This document shows positions 1-7,751 of a DNA stretch of 64,000 nt, piece by piece. Every line of letters starts with the position of its first letter. Positions within the stretch are counted from its first letter, which is position 1. Position numbers and translations under genes: made by a program. This stretch comes from an uncultured Candidatus Saccharibacteria bacterium (GTDB lineage: Bacteria > Patescibacteriota > Saccharimonadia > Saccharimonadales > Saccharimonadaceae): NCBI GenBank assembly GCA_938042065.1, contig CALISG010000022.1, positions 2,049 through 66,048 of the forward strand, read 5' to 3'. The notes beneath the pieces were generated by a model that worked only from the letters and a program-made list of their open reading frames with translations, was not told where the DNA came from and did not search any database.

Positions 1-83
1 AGTTTTGGAAGGTGGCTAGCAAATTGAAAAGTCTTGGCGCACGCGGGATTCTCGTGTCGCCGATTGAAAAAATCATAGCATAA
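1..83 (+). CDS. hisG: ATP phosphoribosyltransferase (long form), C-terminal end only
   Basis: Frame from base 3 reads FWKVASKLKSLGARGILVSPIEKIIA*, matching the HisG-long C-terminus (FW..xxKLKxLGAxxILVxPIEK); lies directly upstream of hisE. Confidence 0.85.
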   Translation, partial: FWKVASKLKSLGARGILVSPIEKIIA

Positions 84-92
84 GGAGGCTAT

Positions 93-383
93 ATGACAAT
101 TAGAGAATTATACGAAATCATAGAGAGCAGACGCAACAGCGATGAAAGCACGTCCTACACAAAACAATTACTCGACAGAGGTTTAGATAGGATTATCCAA
201 AAAGTTGGCGAAGAATCAGTTGAAGTTGTAATCGCTGCAAAGAATGATGAAAACGATAAATTTATTGGCGAGGTCGCAGATTTGGTTTATCACCTCCTAG
301 TTTTGTTGGTTGCCAAAGATGTTAAAATTACCTATATAGAGCGGCGCCTTCAAGAACGTCACGATAAGTCACAAATGAGTTGA
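93..383 (+). CDS. hisE: Phosphoribosyl-ATP pyrophosphatase
   Basis: SYTKQLL...KVGEESVEVVIAA...EVADLVYHLLVLL motifs; SD AGGAGG upstream. Confidence 0.93.
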   Translation: MTIRELYEIIESRRNSDESTSYTKQLLDRGLDRIIQKVGEESVEVVIAAKNDENDKFIGEVADLVYHLLVLLVAKDVKITYIERRLQERHDKSQMS

Positions 384-451
384 ATATATAACGAGAGTGT
401 GACAATATCACCGTAAGGTTGGACAGCACATTCAAAATTAAGGAGAGAATA

Positions 452-1216
452 ATGATGAACTCAACAACCACGGCTGTCATCACTGCTGCGAACGGTAACG
501 GAACGGCAATTGAAGTCATTACTAGTCCGCTTACCCGTACAGAGTACGTTAGTCGAGGACGGATACTAGGAGAGAGCACAGAGAAGCTTGGCGCCGAACA
601 GGCCGGTTTTCTTGTGTCGTCGCAAAGCCATTTTGAAATGGCTGGCGGAGAGTTCTGCGGCAATGCATCGCGGGCGGCTGCTGTACTGTTTTCAGAGCTG
701 CGAGGTACTGGTGACGTAGAATTTACGGTATCTGGCTTCAAAGGCCTCGTTAGCGCGACTGTCGATAAGCGGTCGGATAACGAGTACTATGCTCGATGCA
801 GGTTTCCGGGTATGCCTGTCGGGGTTTATCCTGTAGAAGGCCATGAACAGACGATAAACATCGTCGATCTTGGCGGTATCGTCCATGTTGTGGTAGAGAG
901 TAGATTTCCAGCTCGGGCAGAAGTCTACCGGAGGACGCATCATCACCTGACGGAAGAGCTGGGTCTTCGTGAGCGGGATGCTGTTGGAGTGGTCTGGGTC
1001 GAGAGGAAGAACAACCTTGTCGTGATTCATCCTGTAGTATGGGTGAGGAGTATCGATACGTTTTTCTATGAATCATCGTGTGGCTCTGGTACGATTGCGG
1101 CGTGTGCTGTAACTGGCGTCTCAGACATCATTCAGCCAACCGGTAAGATTATCCGGGCCGAAGTTGACGGTGATTTTGTGACTCTCGAGAGTGATATGGA
1201 GGTCGTTCATGATTGA
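452..1216 (+). CDS. PLP-independent amino-acid racemase of DAP-epimerase fold, CntK-like histidine racemase
   Basis: Two catalytic Cys motifs (MAGGEFCGNA, ESSCGSGT); also GNxT, EQAGF, VSG and QPTG segments collinear with S. aureus CntK as recalled; SD AAGGAG before ATG 452. Confidence 0.8.
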   Translation: MMNSTTTAVITAANGNGTAIEVITSPLTRTEYVSRGRILGESTEKLGAEQAGFLVSSQSHFEMAGGEFCGNASRAAAVLFSELRGTGDVEFTVSGFKGLVSATVDKRSDNEYYARCRFPGMPVGVYPVEGHEQTINIVDLGGIVHVVVESRFPARAEVYRRTHHHLTEELGLRERDAVGVVWVERKNNLVVIHPVVWVRSIDTFFYESSCGSGTIAACAVTGVSDIIQPTGKIIRAEVDGDFVTLESDMEVVHD

Positions 1217-1793
1217 GTATACTATCGCTAGAGACACAGCTGATGTGGCTGGGTTCACATCTCTGTATCAGGAGGCTTTTGGCGGAGCTCCTTATTTTGA
1301 AGTGTATCCGAGATATAGGATACGCAAAGAAATCTGGGGTCCCCACCTGGAAAGAGGAGTCATAGTTCTTGCAAAGGATGATGGCTCTGTCGTGGGTTTT
1401 TGCTGCGCGCTTCCCGTAGATGATGCCCCTGACGATGTCAGAGAATTTCTACAAGACTCGCAAGAAATTCTCGCAGATAGCGATCAGATGTGGTATATCT
1501 CAGAGTTGGGCGTGGCTTTGAGTCATCGTGGCCGAAAAATTGCCTACGCCGTGACTGAGCGATGCCTCTCTGAGGCGAATCGCCTCGGAGGCGCATACTA
1601 CGTCATGAGGACGGCAGCCAAAGGATCCAGCTCAAGACATATGTTCTTGAGGATGGGATCTACTGAGATTTCTAAGGTCCAAGACGTGTCGGCTCAGACG
1701 GAAGAAAACCACTCTCAGAGTACCCAGCGAATTTGGCTTTATGGCAACTACAGTTTCGCGCTACAGAACATTAAATCTCTCTCCGCCTCCTGA
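1209..1793 (+). CDS. GNAT-family N-acetyltransferase
   Basis: VVGFC strand and YISELGVALSHRGRKIA acetyl-CoA motif; overlaps racemase stop, SD GGAGG. Confidence 0.85.
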   Translation: MIEYTIARDTADVAGFTSLYQEAFGGAPYFEVYPRYRIRKEIWGPHLERGVIVLAKDDGSVVGFCCALPVDDAPDDVREFLQDSQEILADSDQMWYISELGVALSHRGRKIAYAVTERCLSEANRLGGAYYVMRTAAKGSSSRHMFLRMGSTEISKVQDVSAQTEENHSQSTQRIWLYGNYSFALQNIKSLSAS

Positions 1794-1837
1794 CCAACCA
1801 CCACGGGGCGGCATAGCGATCTTGAAAGAGCGCTCCA

Positions 1838-2548
1838 TTACTCAATGCATTGAAATACATTTATAGTACCATAAATTGCCGCTTTTTTTCCGTAAAATGC
1901 CGCCCACTCACGGTCACCATATGAGAAATGCCACCACTCGCCGTAGAACGGCGCGAAGCCTTGTGCTATCATAGCGTCATGTAACACCTTTCTATACGAG
2001 GCTTGCTCTGGGGTCACTTTCGCAAAAGTTTTAATAATATCTGGATTAGAATAGTCGGATATTTTGTTTCCCATATTGATAGGGTTATTACTACTATTGA
2101 CAAGAGTTAAATCAACCGCCGCTCCCATTGGGTGTCCAGCCACATCGGGTATAGCAATAAAATCATGGACTAGACGAATTAGTTTGTATTCTGGCATCTC
2201 GGGATTATCTCGTTGCAAGGCCGCTTTGCGTTCGCGAAAGTACTTTTCTTGTACTTTTGGGTGGCGAAAGCCATAAACAACGCGTAGTCGCAAATTGTCA
2301 CCTGCCTTCAGCTGCTTATTAACCGTAGCGAGCTTTCTAGCTAATGTATCGCGCACCAAAATAGACTCACCAGTATAAACTTGCATATCCGATTGCTCGT
2401 GTTCGGCTATGATCGACGAATCGTATTTGCGTACGTTAACCAATGGTTCCTGACTATTGCCGGGCTTAGCGCTTACCATTTCGTCATAGGTTAAAATGTG
2501 CCGATTAATATAATTAGGATTTTCTTGAATTTGTTTTATTGTATTCAT
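1838..2548 (-). CDS. VanX/DdpX-like D,D-dipeptidase (peptidase M15)
   Basis: GHPMGAAVD (HxxGxAxD), GFR and EWWHFSYGD zinc/catalytic motifs; start placed at ATG 2548 after GAGGAGG. Confidence 0.88.
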   Translation of the reverse strand: MNTIKQIQENPNYINRHILTYDEMVSAKPGNSQEPLVNVRKYDSSIIAEHEQSDMQVYTGESILVRDTLARKLATVNKQLKAGDNLRLRVVYGFRHPKVQEKYFRERKAALQRDNPEMPEYKLIRLVHDFIAIPDVAGHPMGAAVDLTLVNSSNNPINMGNKISDYSNPDIIKTFAKVTPEQASYRKVLHDAMIAQGFAPFYGEWWHFSYGDREWAAFYGKKAAIYGTINVFQCIE

Positions 2549-2554
2549 AGTATG

Positions 2555-2789
2555 ATAAAACCTCCTCAGGTACAATAAATTTATATTATTTACCCAAGGA
2601 ACGAGAGATCAAAAAAGAGACCTCCCGCGGTCCCATCCTTGTTCTATAATTCATTACTGGATTATAGCGCTCAGTACCGGCTCTACGATGGATCGCGATT
2701 TCGGTTGTGTGACTTTACGGCTTCACTCCCGTGGTGTATTTTGACACCCAGCTCGTTCCGGCGTGACTGGAACTCGGACGCTTTATGTT
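2555..2789 (-). promoter_or_regulatory. T-box riboswitch, probably His-specific, upstream of the VanX-like gene
   Basis: AACAAGGA-UGGGACC-GCG T-box; A1 AAGGA/UCCUU, A2 GCGGGAGGUC/GAUCUCUCGU; competing hairpin UCCUUGGGUA/UACCUGAGGA covering the SD; stem III CUAUAAU/AUUAUAG; CAC candidate specifier at 2707-2711. Confidence 0.78.
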
Positions 2790-2793
2790 TAGG

Positions 2794-2822
2794 ATTATAC
2801 ATAGGAGCTATAGCTGGGTCAA
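2794..2822 (-). promoter_or_regulatory. Sigma70 promoter for the T-box leader
   Basis: TTGACC-17 bp-TATAAT. Confidence 0.85.
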
Positions 2823-2851
2823 TATTTTTGGAGTTTTTAGATTTTCTTTTT

Positions 2852-3967
2852 CTATTCATTTGGCGTATCTTTCTCAATACTTTTGCTATTGATATGTTTG
2901 TTATCTCCTAATCCTATCTTGGAAGATTGAAGGCTGTGTTGGGTAGAGAGTATGTAAGATGTTAGCTTTGGAAGTGACTCGTCTATATTTTTAATTGTCG
3001 GGCAAGCTTTGTATAATATTTCGAGACAACTTGGTGTACTAAAATTTTTGATTATATTGGATACTAAAGATTGCTGATATTCTGCTAATTGTCTAATTAC
3101 TTCGGTGTTAAAATATATATTTATATTCTGTATACCTTTTAGACTATCTACTATTTGTCCGCCAAGGATCTGTAGTTGGGCTTGTTGTTCTGGAGATAAT
3201 GACAACTTCGCTGGAAGTTTAATGTCTTTTTTAATTTCCTCAGCTAGTTTTATAGCACTTTCTTTTTTCTTCTCTATAAAATGATTATGGTGAGCTGCGG
3301 CGTCTCTATACTCCTTAAGCTCATTTAACTTGATTTTCATATCCTTCCAAGATATATCCTTTTGCAAGATTTCCTTGGCGATCACATCCCAGATAATAAT
3401 AGCTTTGCATTTCTCGCTAAACTTTGTTTTGAGATCATCAAAAGAGCTGCTACTGCTTAATAATTCATTTAGATTGCTAGCAGTTAACTGACGTGAAGAC
3501 CATGAGAAATCGTATCCTAGAATTTCTATTATCTCGCCTAGAGTTAAATAAGAAACCAGTGTCTCTAAATTATTTTTGAAAATTAAATTATTTTCAGTAT
3601 CCTTTGATTTACATTTGTCTAGATATTTTCCGTGCTGCAATAAAATATCATAATATGCCTCAATTAAATCAGGCAGATACAGCAGCAACTTACGCAATTG
3701 AATCTCCACTTCATAGACAGCCTTGAAAACTTCTTCTGCCCGTTTGCGAGAACTCGAATCGCTCAATATGCCTATTTTAAGATTTTCATTAATTTTAACG
3801 TATATTTGAGGATCTATTTGCTTACTGCGTTTTATTGTTACAAGAAACAGCTGTTCGGATATAGCCTCACATTTATCAGAAGAATCTTTATTGATTCCTA
3901 TTCTATCTAAAATATCCTGTACTTCACCACTAGTTTGCGCTTTTATAACTAGGACTATTTGCTGCAT
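2852..3967 (-). CDS. HEPN-domain protein (Swt1/Abi-like), putative RNase toxin or defence protein
   Basis: YEVEIQLRKLL helix plus RDAAAH (Rx4H) motif; AT-rich; TATAAT 6 nt before ATG. Confidence 0.6.
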   Translation of the reverse strand: MQQIVLVIKAQTSGEVQDILDRIGINKDSSDKCEAISEQLFLVTIKRSKQIDPQIYVKINENLKIGILSDSSSRKRAEEVFKAVYEVEIQLRKLLLYLPDLIEAYYDILLQHGKYLDKCKSKDTENNLIFKNNLETLVSYLTLGEIIEILGYDFSWSSRQLTASNLNELLSSSSSFDDLKTKFSEKCKAIIIWDVIAKEILQKDISWKDMKIKLNELKEYRDAAAHHNHFIEKKKESAIKLAEEIKKDIKLPAKLSLSPEQQAQLQILGGQIVDSLKGIQNINIYFNTEVIRQLAEYQQSLVSNIIKNFSTPSCLEILYKACPTIKNIDESLPKLTSYILSTQHSLQSSKIGLGDNKHINSKSIEKDTPNE

Positions 3968-4046
3968 ACGCTCATTATAACACCGAGGCGATTGATTATT
4001 GTAGTATGGGGGTAATGTAGCGGTCCATTATATTAAATCTACATAC

Positions 4047-4069
4047 AAAAAAAGACTCCGAAGAATCTT
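4047..4069 (-). terminator. Intrinsic terminator, probably the displaced tRNA-Glu terminator
   Basis: Minus strand AAGATTC-TTCG-GAGTCTT-TTTTT (C-UUCG-G loop plus U tract), 13 nt from the left att core. Confidence 0.7.
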
Positions 4070-4246
4070 GTAGCCTCTTTGATGGTGAACTCCTCGTTTC
4101 TAATTTGGAACCAATTATAGCGGAACTGAGAAAACTTCGTAAGATATTCTATACTACCAGTCATAGTTATCAGTTAAGAACCTCTGTTTAATGTTAATCT
4201 CAGCTACCATATTAATATGGAATATATATAGTATAGAGGAATTAGT

Positions 4247-4645
4247 ATGATTAATAAGACCGATAAACAGCAAGGCTTCATTGAACTGAGAGCGAAAGGA
4301 AACAGTTTTGATACTATCGCCAAACAATTAGAAGTGAGCAAAGGCACCTTAATAAACTGGTCACGAGACTTAGAAGATGAAATTCAAAATTATTCAGCAC
4401 TAGAATTGGATGCACTTAAGGAAAAATATCTCATATCTAAAAAGCACCAGATACAGTCCTACGGAGAGCAACTAGCGACCGTAAGAGAGGAACTATCGAG
4501 CAGAGACCTATCTGATGTTAAAACGGAGAAATTAATCGAAGTCGAAATCAAGTTATTAGAAGCAATTAATAAACTTGGCATCACTACTACATTAACAGGT
4601 GAAGGGATGTCATTAAAGGAATTTAATACAAGTTGGGAGATTTAA
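4247..4645 (+). CDS. Helix-turn-helix DNA-binding protein
   Basis: ELRAKGNSFDTIAKQLEVSKGTLINW HTH. Confidence 0.7.
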   Translation: MINKTDKQQGFIELRAKGNSFDTIAKQLEVSKGTLINWSRDLEDEIQNYSALELDALKEKYLISKKHQIQSYGEQLATVREELSSRDLSDVKTEKLIEVEIKLLEAINKLGITTTLTGEGMSLKEFNTSWEI

Positions 4646-4647
4646 AA

Positions 4648-4863
4648 ATGAAAGCAATAAGCAACGCAGAATATCTTAGATTTATAGAAGCCTACTCAAG
4701 AGTTGGCAGAGTAAAAAACGAAAAAGCACGTTCCGCACTATATTATTTCTCCTTTTGTGTAGGCACGCTTATAGATGCAGGAGAAGCAGATATCCTAAAA
4801 TTATTAGAAGAAGGATATAAGGCAGGGATAAAAGAGATATTAGCAACAGAAAAGAGGCTATAA
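4648..4863 (+). CDS. Hypothetical protein
   Basis: 71-aa ORF directly after the HTH gene, SD GGAG. Confidence 0.55.
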   Translation: MKAISNAEYLRFIEAYSRVGRVKNEKARSALYYFSFCVGTLIDAGEADILKLLEEGYKAGIKEILATEKRL

Positions 4864-4898
4864 ATACATTCGAGGGATATTTAGAAGATAACGGACTA

Positions 4899-7751
4899 TT
4901 AGTTAGGCCATCTTAACGGAGGTTTAAACAATTTATCCTCGAAGTCTAAAGCAAAGTCTTCCACTGTTCGTGGGTCGGTATTGAAGAATTTCAAGCCGAT
5001 ATTTTTTATTTCTTGGAAGCCTCTCGACTGAACTTCTTTGAGGTATTCCTTATACGCTTTCTTGTCGTTCTCATTTTCAGTAAACACTACTTCAGAGTTT
5101 TCATTTAGCATTATCAAGGACTGCTCTTTCCAATCATCCTGAGCCAATAAATGACCGCCCTTAGGTTCAATTAAGCATTGATAATACATTTTTTTATTCA
5201 ATACATCGTTGATAATAAGTAAATAATCAGGGCTGAAACGGTGGCCATCAAATCCGAATAACCAATAATCTAGTTCATTACGAATGACATATATTTCTGA
5301 GCCTAGATATTTATTATGTAAGTTTTCTATCTGTGTAGACATCCATTTTACAAACTTCTTCTCCTCGCTCGTGCCATAGTTCTCATCATATACATACCAT
5401 TCAGCGTGTTTTACATCGAATTGTAGTTCTGGATTATCGTGGTCGGTTTGGGGCTTTGCTCTTTCATCAGTAGAAATGAATATCTTCTCTCCAGTTACTG
5501 AGTCAATACTTGGGAATGAAGCCAGATAAATAGACTTTTGTTGTGCAAATATTTCCGCTAGAGAAATAGGGCGGAAAACATTACTTCCGACAATCTTCGG
5601 CATGTTCAAATCAATCGACTTGCGAACTTCTGGCAAAATCACAGCAACCAATAACTGCAGTTTTTCCTGAGCATTTAGAAGATGAATGTCCTTACCGTCC
5701 TCGTAGGTATATTTGATTATATAAAGTGGCAGATATTTATCGATAAGTTCATTGATGGTTTTAATCCCGATTAAATGATGTTTTAAGTTTTCAAATCTAA
5801 AGAAATCATTCTCAGAAGAAGCCAGAGCCTTCTCTATAATTGGACGACTGAAGTATTCCTCTGTAATGCGAATTTCCTTTGTATGTTGGGATGCTATAAT
5901 CTGGTTCTGTTCTCTGCCAGAAAGACCACCAGAGCGAAGATTATATGTGCTTGCTTTAATAATGCGTTTAAAGGTGGTATCAATGTCTTCATTAGTGGTT
6001 TTCTTCCTCTTCTCGGCCTGGTTCACTAAGACGAAACCTTTCTTATAGGTATCGCTTTCTAGGAAGCGTTGTTTCATAGTAATAGTTTTTCGTTCAACAC
6101 CTTCGTTGATAATACCCTCGCCAAGCAAATCTTGACGTAATGTTTCGAGGAAGGTTCCAGTTTTAACGAAATGATAGACAAATGTCTCAAGAATGCGACC
6201 AGTATCATTCGGGTCGTTGTCGAACTTACGGCGATATTTGTTATACTGAAGATTACGACCAAACATACCGCCATCATCTTCTCGATACTCTTTAGGAAGT
6301 TCGTAAGGACAATACCTTGCTCCACGACCAATAAGTTGGATATCCTGAAGAGAAACCTTCTTTGAAGCCGAAATGTCAAAATGAACAATATCAAACAGGC
6401 TCAAAACATCCCACCCTTCATTCAAGGCGTTCACCGAAAAGATTGCACGAATTTTATTCTTAGGGTCATCAAGTTGTGGCAATAAATCAGCCTTTTCCTT
6501 CTTCTGGCTGTTATAAATCAAAGTATTCTCATGTGCGAAGTTAGCACGAATAAGCGCAGTGAAAGTCTTTAGTCCATCCCAGTCTCCTTGTTGGACTAAA
6601 CCATTTCTTGGGCTTTTAATCCAGTCAAACATATCACTTATTATTTCGTGTTCGTGATTAATATTCTTCGTTTTAGCAACACGTTGCAATTCTGATAAGT
6701 CTTCCGCACGAAGCGTGCTGATTACTTCATCAAAGAATTTACGGTCTTTTTCGCTCTCTGCGATCTTAGTGGATTTGATTAGGATTACGGGGGTAAATAT
6801 CACACCCATAGTCCTCTCTGCAAATAATCGTCTGAATTCAGATAGAGCAACAGCGTTCACTATAAGTAACCGTTTCTGGTTTTCAATCTGTGTTTCAAAG
6901 TTATACAAGAATTTAACATCTTTTGAATAGCCATCCTTATTGAAAGCGAGAAAATCATAGCGGAAGACAAGTTTATCTTCATATTTCTTATGTATCTTGT
7001 CATTGGCGAGATCGATGGTCGCAGTAAACTCGAGAAGCATATTATCTGGATGCATATTTAATGTCGATAATACAGAAGTTTCCCAGTGTTTTTCTTCTTT
7101 AGTGGTCGTCTTGTTTTTTGACTTCGTATCAGCATTTAGACTATGAGCCTCGTCTGCAATAATTACCATATTATTCTTTTGAAAATCTTCTATCGTCAAG
7201 GAATTCTCTTTGTCTTCCGATAAACGATTGACTAGCGTCTGCTGACTGGTGAAGATAAAGTTAATACTATTATTACTAGATTGGGTAGGCATATTAATTT
7301 GTTTTACGCTTATTTTACGTCCATTGATTTTTACGCCTTTTGGATTAAATAGATACTTTTCAAACTTATAATCCGTAAAATTTTTCTTAGCCTGTTCAAG
7401 GATTTGGTCTCTATGGACTAGGAATACAAAATTATTGTAGCCCTTATTATATAGATAAAGCACGCAGGAAACCATTACAAGCGTTTTGCCAGTGCCTGTA
7501 GCCATATTGAATAGAAGATGCTTGGAAGCGGTCCTATCGTGCTCAAAAAGCCAAATAAAATGCTTTAGCGCCTCTTCCTGATATGGACGTAATTTTTTAG
7601 ACGGATGCAGATTATCAGTGATGTACTCTGGTATCACAAAACTCTTAGACCAGAGTTGAAATTCGGGGTTATTCTCGATTTTTTTGAAAAGGAAATCATT
7701 GAGAGTGTCTTTGATTTTAGTCCTAGTTCTCGGCATCTTCTTGAACTCCAT
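4899..7751 (-). CDS. res: Type III restriction endonuclease Res subunit
   Basis: LRPYQ, MATGTGKT, DEAH, EGWD, QLIGRGAR helicase motifs; PDY...IEPKG nuclease motif. Confidence 0.92.
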   Translation of the reverse strand: MEFKKMPRTRTKIKDTLNDFLFKKIENNPEFQLWSKSFVIPEYITDNLHPSKKLRPYQEEALKHFIWLFEHDRTASKHLLFNMATGTGKTLVMVSCVLYLYNKGYNNFVFLVHRDQILEQAKKNFTDYKFEKYLFNPKGVKINGRKISVKQINMPTQSSNNSINFIFTSQQTLVNRLSEDKENSLTIEDFQKNNMVIIADEAHSLNADTKSKNKTTTKEEKHWETSVLSTLNMHPDNMLLEFTATIDLANDKIHKKYEDKLVFRYDFLAFNKDGYSKDVKFLYNFETQIENQKRLLIVNAVALSEFRRLFAERTMGVIFTPVILIKSTKIAESEKDRKFFDEVISTLRAEDLSELQRVAKTKNINHEHEIISDMFDWIKSPRNGLVQQGDWDGLKTFTALIRANFAHENTLIYNSQKKEKADLLPQLDDPKNKIRAIFSVNALNEGWDVLSLFDIVHFDISASKKVSLQDIQLIGRGARYCPYELPKEYREDDGGMFGRNLQYNKYRRKFDNDPNDTGRILETFVYHFVKTGTFLETLRQDLLGEGIINEGVERKTITMKQRFLESDTYKKGFVLVNQAEKRKKTTNEDIDTTFKRIIKASTYNLRSGGLSGREQNQIIASQHTKEIRITEEYFSRPIIEKALASSENDFFRFENLKHHLIGIKTINELIDKYLPLYIIKYTYEDGKDIHLLNAQEKLQLLVAVILPEVRKSIDLNMPKIVGSNVFRPISLAEIFAQQKSIYLASFPSIDSVTGEKIFISTDERAKPQTDHDNPELQFDVKHAEWYVYDENYGTSEEKKFVKWMSTQIENLHNKYLGSEIYVIRNELDYWLFGFDGHRFSPDYLLIINDVLNKKMYYQCLIEPKGGHLLAQDDWKEQSLIMLNENSEVVFTENENDKKAYKEYLKEVQSRGFQEIKNIGLKFFNTDPRTVEDFALDFEDKLFKPPLRWPN

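Noticed and set aside
452..1793. Staphylopine (cntKLM) biosynthesis operon, or plain dapF
   Set aside because: No nicotianamine-synthase or opine-dehydrogenase gene follows within the window; the motifs fit CntK-like enzymes better than DapF.
2555..2789. Structured RNA as an RNA antitoxin for the upstream HEPN protein (AbiF-like)
   Set aside because: The T-box antiterminator and the competing SD-covering hairpin explain the structure and tie it to the downstream peptidase.
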